DNA of 64,000 bases from an uncultured Gammaproteobacteria bacterium (GTDB lineage: Bacteria; Patescibacteriota; Patescibacteriia; 2-01-FULL-39-33), in assembly GCA_964536975.1 (NCBI GenBank), contig CAZHYS010000002.1:12288-76287 (forward strand), given 5' to 3'. This document shows positions 19,350 to 29,476 of the stretch, piece by piece; position 1 is the stretch's first letter, and each line of letters begins with the position of its first letter. The translations under genes and the position numbers were made by a program. Below the pieces are notes generated by a model that was given only the letters and a program-made list of their open reading frames with translations, had not been told where the DNA came from and made no database searches.

Positions 19350-21776
19350 CTACCTTACTTTTACATTATATTCCTTTTTTAGCTTGTCAACAACTTTATC
19401 GTGGACTTTTTGCGCCTCGGCGAGCTCCAAGGTTTTCTCTTCGTCGCGATAAACCACCCGAATCGCCAAAGCTTTTTTGCCTTCGGGAATGTCTTTGCCT
19501 CTAAAGACAGACAAAAACCTTGCCTCTCTGATGAGCGGATCAACACTCATGGCAGTCTCAACGACATTGCCGTACAACACCTCATCCCCGATCTCCATAG
19601 ACAAGTCCAATTCTATGCCGGGAAACTTCGGCAATGACCGGTAAGTCGGCGAGGGCTTGGCCAGTTTGGCCAGTTTTTCAAAATCAATATCAATTATGCC
19701 GACATCAGATTTAATACCAAATAGATGAAGTGCTTCGCGATCAACAATCCCGATCCGGCCAACACTCTCTTTTCCTTCGCTCGCCAAAATAGAAAAAACG
19801 CTGCCCGGTTGCCAGATCCGACTGCTCTCGCCATCAGCCGCCGCCAGAGAAAAATCCTTGATGTTTAATTTTTCCAACAGAACAGACAAGGCGCCCTTAG
19901 CCGCCAAAAATGCCTCCTCCCCTCCCCGGCCGGCAACAGCCAAACAGAGATTGGTAATTTCATCGGGCAGATCGTTTGGTTTATTCAAATACACCTTGCT
20001 CAATTCAAAAATGCTCATTTCCTTGTAACTGTTCTCATTGTCGGCAATCGCTTGCAAAATTCCGGGCACCAAAGACGTCCGCATATACTCAAAATCAACA
20101 TTGAGCGGATTGGATATTTTGACGTGGTCTTCCACTGACAAGCCGCAATTCTTGATTAATTTTTCCGAAATAAAGCTATAATTATAGTTTTCCGAAAAAC
20201 CCAAGCCGACGATGATGTCTTTGACCTTATCTTCCAGTTGAAAAGGAGAGACGGCGGCAACATCAACGGGAATTTCGCCAGCCGGCAATATCGCCGGCAG
20301 ATTGTGATAGCCGTAGACGCGAGCGATTTCTTCAATCAAATCATGCGGTCCCTCAATGTCACGATCGCGCCAATAAGGCACCTTCACTTTGATCTGTTTG
20401 TCCCCGGCCGCTCTAAATCCCAGATTATCCAAAATTTCTTTTATTCGCGCCGACTTTATTTCTACGCCCAATATTCGCCGAACATCTTCCAGCGCCAGTG
20501 TCAACTCTTTGGCTTTGAATTTGTAATCTTTTTCGTCAAAAATCTTGGACGCGACTTTCCCGCCCGCCAATTCCACTACTAGTTCCACCGCTCGCAATAA
20601 AGCAGGGGTGGTTCCCTCAGGATTAAGACCCTTTTCAAAAAGATTAGAGCTGTCTGAATGCAAATTCAGGACTCTGGCAGTCTTTCTAATGGAAACAGGA
20701 TCAAAGGTGGCCGCCTCCAAAACAATCGTTTTAGTGCCATCTGACACCGCGGATAGCTCTCCGCCCATGATACCGGCGACTGCCGCCGGATTCTTGCCAT
20801 CGGCAATAACCAGATTGCTACTGCCCAATTCATAAGTCTTTCCATCCAGCGCCAAAATTTTTTCACCCGATTTTGCAAGACGGACAATTATCTCCGCCTT
20901 ATTCTCCCTCCCATTTACAAGGGGAGGGACAGGGTGGGGTAATAATTTTTCATAATCAAAAACATGCATCGGCTGACCGAATTCCAACAGAATATAATTG
21001 GTGATATCTACCAGGTTATTAATCGGCCGCAAACCCGACGCCAATAGTCGCTGTTGCAGCCATAGCGGCGAAACATCCACTTTCACGCCGGTCATCACAA
21101 TCGCCTGATAGCGCGGGCAGAGTTTTGGTTCTTTGACTGTGACCTTCAGAGACGGGGCATGCCCGGTCTCTACGGAAGCAATTCTTAGATTCGGCTTTGG
21201 TTCGCGGTATAAAAACTTTTCGCCCATAATCGCCGCCGCCTCACGCGCCAACCCGATGACACTCATGGCATCCGGCCGATTGGAAGTAACCTCAATATCA
21301 AAAATATAATCCTCCACTGGCATCACTTTTTCAAACGGCAGACCGACTTTGAGGTAATCGGGCATAATATAAATACCGGTATGATCGTCGCCGACACCGA
21401 GCTCGCGCTGGCTGCACATCATCCCAAAGCTATCCACCCCGCGGAGTTTGGCTTCTTTCACTTCCATCTCCCCCACTCTGCCGCCGATTAACACCACCGG
21501 CACTTTCTGCCCGGCTTTGATATTCGGCGCGCCGCAAACTATCTGGAGCGGCTCTTTCTCGCCGATATCAACTTTGCAGACATGTAGCTTGTCGGCGTTC
21601 GGATGATTGTTTATTTCCAAAATCTCGCCCACAACCACCTTGGAAAATTTCGCTTCATTGTGATGAATAAAATCAACCGTCGGTCCGCTTTGCGACAGCG
21701 CTTTGGCAAAATCCGCGGCCGATTTTTTCGTCGCGATATGCTCTTTGAGCCAGTTGTAGGATATGTTGAGGTTCAT
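19350..21776 (-). CDS. pheT: Phenylalanyl-tRNA synthetase beta subunit
   Basis: 808 aa with a tRNA-binding N-domain HPNADKLHVCKVDIG. Confidence 0.9.
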   Translation of the reverse strand: MNLNISYNWLKEHIATKKSAADFAKALSQSGPTVDFIHHNEAKFSKVVVGEILEINNHPNADKLHVCKVDIGEKEPLQIVCGAPNIKAGQKVPVVLIGGRVGEMEVKEAKLRGVDSFGMMCSQRELGVGDDHTGIYIMPDYLKVGLPFEKVMPVEDYIFDIEVTSNRPDAMSVIGLAREAAAIMGEKFLYREPKPNLRIASVETGHAPSLKVTVKEPKLCPRYQAIVMTGVKVDVSPLWLQQRLLASGLRPINNLVDITNYILLEFGQPMHVFDYEKLLPHPVPPLVNGRENKAEIIVRLAKSGEKILALDGKTYELGSSNLVIADGKNPAAVAGIMGGELSAVSDGTKTIVLEAATFDPVSIRKTARVLNLHSDSSNLFEKGLNPEGTTPALLRAVELVVELAGGKVASKIFDEKDYKFKAKELTLALEDVRRILGVEIKSARIKEILDNLGFRAAGDKQIKVKVPYWRDRDIEGPHDLIEEIARVYGYHNLPAILPAGEIPVDVAAVSPFQLEDKVKDIIVGLGFSENYNYSFISEKLIKNCGLSVEDHVKISNPLNVDFEYMRTSLVPGILQAIADNENSYKEMSIFELSKVYLNKPNDLPDEITNLCLAVAGRGGEEAFLAAKGALSVLLEKLNIKDFSLAAADGESSRIWQPGSVFSILASEGKESVGRIGIVDREALHLFGIKSDVGIIDIDFEKLAKLAKPSPTYRSLPKFPGIELDLSMEIGDEVLYGNVVETAMSVDPLIREARFLSVFRGKDIPEGKKALAIRVVYRDEEKTLELAEAQKVHDKVVDKLKKEYNVKVR

Positions 21777-21908
21777 AGTTTAAGCGATTAGCTTTTAGCG
21801 TTTAGGGATTAGTAACTAGGAGTTAGGAGTTAGGAATTAGAGTCATTATTTGTCATTCCGACCGGAACGATCCGCCTCGGGCGGAAGAGATTAAAAAAAT
21901 CTTAATTT

Positions 21909-22970
21909 CTAGAATTGGCTTATCACTCTCAAATCATTTCTATACAACAGCCTAATATCATCAATCGCCAGTCCTGATTTCATCATATAACAGCGTTCCA
22001 CGCCCCAGCCGAAAGCAAACCCGCTATATTTCTTCGGATCAATACCGCCGAATTTCAAAACATTTGGGTGGACCATGCCGGCGCCGGCGAGTTCCAGCCA
22101 GCCCTCTTTGCACAGCTTGCAACCCGCCTCCGCTTCGCTACGGCGAGGCGAGCCCTTGCCGCCGCAGACGCCGCAAGAAATATCCACTTCAAAGCTCGGC
22201 TCCGTAAATTTGAAATGATGCGGCCGCAGACGAATCGTGCGCTCGGGGCCGAAAAACTTTTTGACAAAATACTCCACTGTGCCTTTGAGATGAGTAATGT
22301 TGATATCTTTGTCAATCACTAGTCCTTCAAATTGATGGAACATCGGCACATGAGACGCGTCTATCTGCCGGCGATAAGTCTTGGAGATATTCATCATCCG
22401 AATCGGCAGTTTCCCCTTCTCCATTTCCCGCAACTGTCCGGATGAAGTGTGCGGCGTCAAAACGCGCTGCCCCATTTTCTTGTTAATCGGCTGACGATCA
22501 ATAAAAAAAGTTTCCCACTCATCGCGCGCCGGATGGTCGGACGGCATATTCAAAGATTCAAAAGCATAATAATCCCATTCCACCTCCGGATAACGCACCC
22601 GCTGAAAGCCGATTTTTTCAAAAATAGCGGAAATTTCCCGAATCGCCTGGGTCGCCAGATGCAAGTGGCCGACCGGATATTCCTTGCCCGGCAAAGTGTA
22701 GTCAAAACTGCCGGCGCTAGCCGGATGGTTCAAATCATTTTTGAGCAGGCTGATTTTTTCGGCGATTTCAATCTTTAGCCGGTTGGCAGTCTGGCCGAAC
22801 TCGGCGATTTGTTCCTTGGGGATGCTTTTGAGCTCTTTCATGAGATCAGTAAGAAGTCCCTTCTTACGGCCCAAAAATCTGTTTTCCAGAGATTCCAAAT
22901 CCGCCGCCGTCTTCACCTGACCGACAGCCGCCTCAAACTCCCGCTTGACTGCTTCTATTTTTGACTTCAT
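21909..22970 (-). CDS. pheS: Phenylalanyl-tRNA synthetase alpha subunit
   Basis: The PSDHPARDEWETFFI class II motif. Confidence 0.9.
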   Translation of the reverse strand: MKSKIEAVKREFEAAVGQVKTAADLESLENRFLGRKKGLLTDLMKELKSIPKEQIAEFGQTANRLKIEIAEKISLLKNDLNHPASAGSFDYTLPGKEYPVGHLHLATQAIREISAIFEKIGFQRVRYPEVEWDYYAFESLNMPSDHPARDEWETFFIDRQPINKKMGQRVLTPHTSSGQLREMEKGKLPIRMMNISKTYRRQIDASHVPMFHQFEGLVIDKDINITHLKGTVEYFVKKFFGPERTIRLRPHHFKFTEPSFEVDISCGVCGGKGSPRRSEAEAGCKLCKEGWLELAGAGMVHPNVLKFGGIDPKKYSGFAFGWGVERCYMMKSGLAIDDIRLLYRNDLRVISQF

Positions 22971-23060
22971 ATTAAGTTAATTATAAGGGGAAAAGCTTTA
23001 TAAGTCAACAAAAATCCCGAGAATTCGGGATCTAATTGCCGGCGCGCCTGTTTGGCAAAA

Positions 23061-23441
23061 TCAGTACGGCCGGCGAGCGGACAGAAAGAAAAATTCCAAA
23101 ATAGCGACGCCAACCACTAGCAGAATCGCATTCCACCAGGTCAAAAGATCTTTGCCTTGCAAAAACAAAACCGTCGCCACCAGTAGGGCGAAAAAAAACG
23201 ACTGGCGAAAAGAAGTGCCGACAATCTTGTATTCCAAAGAAAACTTATTGAATAGTTTGCGAAAACCGAAGCTAAGTAGAAAAAAAGTCCCCAGTAGCGC
23301 GAAAAATAAACTCAAAAAAAATAACAAAAAACCCAAAAAATTCGTCTCAAACGGATTGACGGCAAAAAGCACCATTGCCCAGGCGGTCCAACACGCCAGG
23401 GTCGCTATCAAAACAACGATGATGAGCTGCTTGAGAGTCAT
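23061..23441 (-). CDS. Hypothetical membrane protein
   Basis: Hydrophobic segments only. Confidence 0.4.
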   Translation of the reverse strand: MTLKQLIIVVLIATLACWTAWAMVLFAVNPFETNFLGFLLFFLSLFFALLGTFFLLSFGFRKLFNKFSLEYKIVGTSFRQSFFFALLVATVLFLQGKDLLTWWNAILLVVGVAILEFFFLSARRPY

Positions 23442-24183
23442 AAAAAAATAATTCTACTATTGATATTATACCACAAAAATTATCAGCAAAAAAATATCCG
23501 TAATTTGAAATCCCGTCCAGTCCCGAGAGATCGGGAGCGGGACGGGATCCGGAGAAAGTTGATCGCTCTGCGAAAACTTCACTTATAAAAAAGAAAAAAG
23601 ATTTCTTGATTGTGAATGTTGGAAGCAAAACGATATATTCAACTCCTCTCCAAAGATTATAACAATGAAAAAAAATAAAGACAATAAATATTTTTTGTCA
23701 AGAGGAAAAAAATAAAATATTGTGATCGGCAATCAGTAATAATTGTAGAGACGCGATTCATCGCGTCTGGAAGTAATTAGTAACGAGTAACCGGTAACGG
23801 AACTCGTAATAGTGTGTCATCCCGACTGAGGACGCCCCAAGCGGACGAGTGGAGCCTGCCTGCCGGCAGGCAGGAGTCCGTAAAGTCATAATGTCATAAA
23901 GTCCAAGGTCAATCACATTTGACTTTATAGACTTTATGGACTTTTGACTTTTAACCAAGCTGCTCAAACATAAAAGCGGCGCTGACAAGTCAGAACCGCT
24001 TTTATGTTTTTGAAATTTAACACTGCCATTTTGGCAGCTATGGGAAAGAAAAAAAATATTTGAAAGAGCCCTTTCCCGCTTAAACCGGCAATTCAAATTG
24101 CTGGCTTGAGCGGAATGAGGAGATAGATAGTCAAAGAGCGAATCTCTTTTTTCTCTATCTCCTCAAGTTGTTCGGAGGGGGTC

Positions 24184-24369
24184 TCATGTCTCTACGGCCT
24201 CCCCTAGGCGGGAACAGCTATGCCGCTGTTGGCGGATTTGCGCGAACGCTTTGGCCGCGCAAACCGGACAATAGCCGTGGCTTATTTCTTCCCCTTCCAG
24301 GGAAACCACGGGAATAATCCAAGCACTACCTTCTCGAATCCGTTTGCATGCGCAGCATTGTACTACCAT
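24184..24369 (-). CDS. Small Cys4 zinc-ribbon protein
   Basis: 61 aa with CCACKR...CPVC. An AAAGGAG SD lies upstream. Confidence 0.4.
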   Translation of the reverse strand: MVVQCCACKRIREGSAWIIPVVSLEGEEISHGYCPVCAAKAFAQIRQQRHSCSRLGEAVET

Positions 24370-24940
24370 GCTGTGCTCCTTTCATACTTCCGGAGAAAAA
24401 CTATTTTTCCCCACCATGATACGAATAAGGCCAAAAAGAAAGTTATCGGCACATTTTTATTTTGTTTTGTTTTTGGCCGATCTTTCTTCCTTAGCCGTCC
24501 CTCCCGGTAAACAGGATGGTGACAAGCATTGCCTCCTTCGCATCAGGCTGGGGAAAATTTTTCAAACAACGATATAGAGGATGGCTATTCTCTGCCCGAT
24601 TCTGATTCCGATTGCTCGGGATAAATCGGGAGAGCGAGAGATTCCTTCCGGCCCTAATAATTTAAAAATATTTGTGACCTGGAATCTTTCTAATAATTAT
24701 GCCGTATTGCCGATCCGCGCTTTGGGCAAAGCCCGAAGGCAGATTCGGCCGCTGGCACCATTCCCCTCCTCTATATTGTTGTTTCAAATGATATTAAAGT
24801 ACATTCTTTTCAAAACTATCCCGCCAAATGGATTTCAATTCCCTCATAAAAAGTCTTTTCTGGAATATTCTACTTAGCAAGATAGTTTTGAGGGGAAGCG
24901 TCGCTAGCAACGAATGCGAGCGACACTTCCCTGAAATAGC

Positions 24941-25351
24941 TTACACAATACGACTGGGCCCCTCATAAGAGCCACTGCACCGTTCGCCGGAGCATAGGTG
25001 AAAAGCGAGTATTTCTTGCCCTCCTTCCACCATCAACGGTCTGACATCGCCACAATTCGGGCATTGGCCGAAGTGGTAGGGCTTTGAGAAAAGAATGCTC
25101 AAAACCGCCACCACAAACGCAATGTAGCCGAAGATCTCCATGTCGCTGCTCATATACGCAACATAAGCAGCGACGCACCCAACGAAAGACGCCAAGGAAG
25201 TCAACCATGACTTCCTCGTCACCCTCCCCTTGGAAAACCCTATGGTGCGGAGTGTGAAAAGTCCCGCCAGAACAGCAACAACGATGAGCAAAAACATGCC
25301 TCTTCTCCTTTTTTCTTCCCTTTCAAACCTCTTGTTATAGAGGCGGTACAT
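24941..25351 (-). CDS. Membrane protein with C-terminal zinc ribbon
   Basis: Two transmembrane helices followed by CPNCGD...HLCSGERC. Confidence 0.4.
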   Translation of the reverse strand: MYRLYNKRFEREEKRRRGMFLLIVVAVLAGLFTLRTIGFSKGRVTRKSWLTSLASFVGCVAAYVAYMSSDMEIFGYIAFVVAVLSILFSKPYHFGQCPNCGDVRPLMVEGGQEILAFHLCSGERCSGSYEGPSRIV

Positions 25352-25539
25352 CCAGATGACTGGCGCATCGCCCCTAACAAGAGATTTGAAAGATTGGGTT
25401 TAAATGTACTCTAATATATAATTATATCACATCTAAAAAAGTTTGTCAAGTCTTTTTTGCCTATTTTATTAAAAAATAGCTAAATTTAGCTATTTTATTA
25501 TAATTTTTACTAAAAATATTTGACTTAATCGTTTTGCCA

Positions 25540-25568
25540 TTGACAAAATAAAAATTTTTTTCTATACT
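25540..25568 (+). promoter_or_regulatory. Strong promoter: TTGACA, 17-nt spacer, TATACT
   Basis: TTGACA lies at 25540-25545 and TATACT at 25563-25568. Confidence 0.5.
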
Positions 25569-25633
25569 CTAAATATATCCTGAACTGGTCAGGATATGTA
25601 TATTCGCGTGGCGAATAATAAGGAGGACTAAGA

Positions 25634-25861
25634 ATGGGTTTCCAAAAATATCGGGACAATAAAACGGGTGAAATACGGGAAGGTATTGAAATAGCCCATG
25701 ATCCAGGTGAGCCTTCGGATCCTGTACTTAGTACGGTATCTTCCTGTATCTGCTTTATTACGGCTGGGTTGATTGACCTGCCGGACAATGGGCGCCCGGA
25801 ACATGGCACCTATCAAGATAAAGAATCTGGAGAACTCCGCTCAGGCACGAGAGCGCGATAA
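25634..25861 (+). CDS. Hypothetical 75-aa protein
   Basis: SD AGGAGG at 25621-25626 and ATG at 25634. Two perfect hairpins lie in the 5' UTR (25575-25597 and 25601-25617). Confidence 0.4.
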   Translation: MGFQKYRDNKTGEIREGIEIAHDPGEPSDPVLSTVSSCICFITAGLIDLPDNGRPEHGTYQDKESGELRSGTRAR

Positions 25862-25900
25862 ATTCACCAATAGACCCTCCCTCTGGCAAAGATGCCTTAA

Positions 25901-25931
25901 ACCGATGATCCTGAATCATCGGTATTTTTTT
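25901..25931 (+). terminator. Rho-independent terminator
   Basis: ACCGATGAT-CCTGA-ATCATCGGT followed by T8. Confidence 0.55.
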
Positions 25932-26116
25932 AACTCAAAAAATCCCCTTAAACAAAAATCCACAATAAAACAGATAAAAATTAAAATAAATTTTCAATAA
26001 TTTAATTTTAAAATTACTAATTATAGACTTTACGAATGGTTCGGCTTCGCTCACCACAAGCTTTATGGACTTTTGACTTTACTGACTTTCGACTTTTAAC
26101 TGTTTAATCTTCCATG

Positions 26117-29100
26117 TTACGTGTTCCTAAACTCGCAAATATTATAAAAATCGCAATACTTGCACAGCTCGCTCGGCCGAGGCGGAAAATCGCCTTTTTT
26201 TATTTCTTCAATTGTCGCGATAATTTTGTCCTCCACCTTGCCCAGTTCTTTGTCATTGCCCAAAAAAGAAACTTCCCGATTGTTATCCAGATAATAAAAA
26301 ACCAATTCCGCCGCCTCTTCTTTCATTACTCGCCGAGCGGCAATCTGATAAATCAGCAGCTGCTCCTTGTCTTCGGCTGACAATTTATCTTTGGCGTTTC
26401 CCGTCTTATAATCAACAATCCTAATCTTACCCCCGGCCTCGTCAATCCGGTCAATAACGCCCCGAATGATATAGCGGCCGCCTTCCCCTATCCGCAAACT
26501 GAATGGGTATTCCAAGTTTTTTACCTCCGGCTTCTCCGCCGAATATTTTTGGAAAAAAACTTTCAAGATGTCTTCGCCTTTTTTAAAAAAATCTTCTTTG
26601 GTTTTCTTGTCCGGATACCAATCGTCAATAAAAGACTCCTGATATATCTTACGCAAATCTTCCCACTTCACTTCTTCTGGCTGCCCGGCCGACTGCCCGA
26701 ATAAATCCGGCTGGCGGCTATTTTTCCGGCGATTCACTTCTTGAAAAAATCTTTGCAAAGTCAAATGCATTGTCCGGCCAAAAGAAAACTGCGGCTTGCC
26801 GCGAGCGGGAACTTTCAAGATATGGGCAAAACGATATTGGTACGGGCAATTCTCAAACGCTTTGAGCTGGGTAAACGAAAACCGGCTCGGCGGCAGATAA
26901 GCCGCGCCATTGTCCGCTCCGGCCGGCCGTTCTTTTTTGGCCGGGGATAAATCTTCTTCGCTTTTTTCCGCTCCCTTGGCCAGCTTCAAGCCGCGTTCTT
27001 CAAGCTCCGCCAAAAACCGAGACAATCTTTTCTTCCGGGCGCCGCCGTAATCATCGGCGGACGAAAAATACAAGCCCGTCTTGGCGCGCGTCATCGCCAC
27101 ATAAAACAATCGCCGTTCCTCTTGCAAATGAATGTCCCCTTCCGGCACTATCTCTTTGACCAATTTGGCCGGCAGATCTATCGCTTCGCCACGGGCAATA
27201 GTCGGAAACCGCTTGTCCACCAGATTGGGCAAGAAAACATATTTGAATTCCAAGCCCTTGGCAGCGTGAATAGTCATCACTTTGACACTGTCTGGACTTT
27301 CTTCTTCCCAGTTTTGCGCGAGTGTCCCCTCTTCGCCCGCCTCCGTCTCCAAATCCATAAACGCCAAAAAATTCTTGAGCGATTTGTCGGCATTTTCTTT
27401 TTCAAATTCCTGAATTTTTTTGTAGAACTGATTGAGATAATTGAGCTGCTGGCGATTTTCCCGCGTATCTTTGGTAGTCAGCGTTTGCAGATAGCCGCTG
27501 TCGGCCAAAAACGCCTGGATGATTTCCGTGGTGTTTTTGTTTTGCCGCGTCAGTTGGCAATGCCGATCCAGTATCGCCAGAATCTCGGCGATTTTTTTCT
27601 TGCCCGCCTCGGAAACATCATTTAACGCTGCCGCTTGCCGGCACGTTTCATAAAGCGACTGGCTTTTGCGACTGGCAAAATAATTCAAATTGACGATATC
27701 CTGATGCGACAAGCCCCAAAGCGGCAATGACAACAGGCGATACATGGCCGGACCTTCGTGATAATCATCCAGCAATTTGAAATAAGCCAAGAGATCCAAA
27801 ATAATCTTTTTGCCATACAATCCCTTGGAGGCGAAAAATTGATAAGGGATCCCCGCCTGCTCCAAGGCATAAGCAAAATCATCAGCGCCGGAATTCGCGC
27901 GGACCAGAATGGCAAAATCCGACCAGTTGGTCTCTTGGCTTTGGTTGTACAGCTCGGTTATTTTGCTGATGACCAGTTTGACCTCATCGGCGAGCCGGCG
28001 GCCGTGAAGATGGAGGATTTCGCCGCTATCTGATGTGGCGGAAATAAGTTTCTTGGATAATTTCTGGCTGTCGCCGGCGAGCTTCACTTCCAAACGATAA
28101 GGATTGTTCTGACAGATAAAATCATAAGACAAATCCAGGATATTCTGGCGACTGCGGTAATTCTGATTCAAAAATATTTCTTTGGCCTCTGGATAATCGT
28201 CTTTGAATTGCAGGATATTGGAAATGGACGCGCCGCGGAATTTGTAAATCGCCTGATCGTCATCACCGACGACCGTAATATTGTTACTCGGCGCCGCTAG
28301 CAATTTGACCAGTTCATATTGGGCATAATTGGTATCCTGAAATTCATCAACCAAAATATATTTGAATTGGCGACGATAACGCGCCAGGATATTTTTTCTT
28401 TCATTGAATAATTTCAAGCAATAATTAATTAAATCGCCGAAATCCAAAGCGTTATTATCAAGCAAGAGCTGCTGATAGACATGATAAGCGTTGGCGATTT
28501 CTTCTTGTTTGGTTATTTCTTGCGCCAATACTTCTTTGAGCTCGGCCTTGTCCATTTTTTCCAATTGCTCATCGTCAACGACCGTACGGATAAATTCGGC
28601 CGAATCGGCGTTCAGCTTGAGCTCCTCCACATAAGCCAGATAATCCTTGGCTGAAACATTTTCATCCTTGGCGCGGGAAAAATGACGGATGAGCGCGTGG
28701 ATGAATTTGGTCGGATTGCCAAGCGGACGATAATAATCCAAATTAAACTTATCCAAATTCTGCCGCACCAGCAGCCATTGCTGGGTGGTATTGAGCAATT
28801 TGAAATCATGCGGCAAGCCGATTTCCAAGCCATGGTCATGAAGAATCCGCTCGGCGAAAGAGTGAAAAGTGGAAATCCACAAATCCACATAACCGTACGG
28901 CAATAATTGATCCACTCGTTCTTCCATCTCGCCGGCGGCCTTATCGGTAAAAGTGAGCGCCAAAATTTCGTCAGTGGCGCATTTGCCGTCGGTGATAAGA
29001 TGGGCAATTCTCCTGGTGATGACTGCGGTTTTACCGGTACCGGCGCCGGCCACGATTAAAAGCGGCCCCTTGTCATGAGTGACCGCCTCCTGTTGCGCCT

Positions 29101-29164
29101 GATTAAGATTATTTAGTTTTTCCATCATTGCTTTTATCTTAACAAAACCATCAGTTTGCTTCAA
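26117..29164 (-). CDS. UvrD/PcrA-family helicase fused to a C-terminal PD-(D/E)XK nuclease with a Cys cluster
   Basis: Walker A AGAGTGKT. The C-terminus carries IDRIDE..RIVDYKTG and C...CKYCDFYNIC. The true start may be MMEKLNN at ~29128. Confidence 0.8.
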   Translation of the reverse strand: MKQTDGFVKIKAMMEKLNNLNQAQQEAVTHDKGPLLIVAGAGTGKTAVITRRIAHLITDGKCATDEILALTFTDKAAGEMEERVDQLLPYGYVDLWISTFHSFAERILHDHGLEIGLPHDFKLLNTTQQWLLVRQNLDKFNLDYYRPLGNPTKFIHALIRHFSRAKDENVSAKDYLAYVEELKLNADSAEFIRTVVDDEQLEKMDKAELKEVLAQEITKQEEIANAYHVYQQLLLDNNALDFGDLINYCLKLFNERKNILARYRRQFKYILVDEFQDTNYAQYELVKLLAAPSNNITVVGDDDQAIYKFRGASISNILQFKDDYPEAKEIFLNQNYRSRQNILDLSYDFICQNNPYRLEVKLAGDSQKLSKKLISATSDSGEILHLHGRRLADEVKLVISKITELYNQSQETNWSDFAILVRANSGADDFAYALEQAGIPYQFFASKGLYGKKIILDLLAYFKLLDDYHEGPAMYRLLSLPLWGLSHQDIVNLNYFASRKSQSLYETCRQAAALNDVSEAGKKKIAEILAILDRHCQLTRQNKNTTEIIQAFLADSGYLQTLTTKDTRENRQQLNYLNQFYKKIQEFEKENADKSLKNFLAFMDLETEAGEEGTLAQNWEEESPDSVKVMTIHAAKGLEFKYVFLPNLVDKRFPTIARGEAIDLPAKLVKEIVPEGDIHLQEERRLFYVAMTRAKTGLYFSSADDYGGARKKRLSRFLAELEERGLKLAKGAEKSEEDLSPAKKERPAGADNGAAYLPPSRFSFTQLKAFENCPYQYRFAHILKVPARGKPQFSFGRTMHLTLQRFFQEVNRRKNSRQPDLFGQSAGQPEEVKWEDLRKIYQESFIDDWYPDKKTKEDFFKKGEDILKVFFQKYSAEKPEVKNLEYPFSLRIGEGGRYIIRGVIDRIDEAGGKIRIVDYKTGNAKDKLSAEDKEQLLIYQIAARRVMKEEAAELVFYYLDNNREVSFLGNDKELGKVEDKIIATIEEIKKGDFPPRPSELCKYCDFYNICEFRNT

Positions 29165-29257
29165 GCCGATGCCATATTGACCTCCTTGGCTAAAAGGAAT
29201 AATATTTACTCAAGCGAAATAGATGCTATTTAGGAGGACAAAAAGGGAGGGCTTAAC

Positions 29258-29476
29258 ATGCTGAATCAAATAATTACCGTCTGTGGGTTTGGGGGAGTCT
29301 TGGCCAAAATAAATTTTGAAAAATCCGAAGAAACCATAACCTGCAGTGAATGTGGCCAAGAGACGTCGGGAGAGCTTCTTGAAGAAGATCCCGCGTCAGG
29401 ACGAATGGTTTGTTCTGAATGTTTAGGGGCAACAGGAACGGATGACGGATTAGCAGACACGGGGGATGATTTGTAG
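29258..29476 (+). CDS. Small Cys4 zinc-ribbon protein
   Basis: SD GGGAGG lies 7 nt upstream. The protein has CSECGQ...CSEC. The stop codon is embedded in an R2 hairpin. Confidence 0.45.
   Translation: MLNQIITVCGFGGVLAKINFEKSEETITCSECGQETSGELLEEDPASGRMVCSECLGATGTDDGLADTGDDL

Noticed and set aside
23758-24096. 112-aa minus ORF, and the similar 45660-45974 ORF
   Set aside because: They are translations of the R1/GACTTT repeat arrays (KSIKSIKS..., KVRKACGERSR). They are intergenic repeats, not genes.
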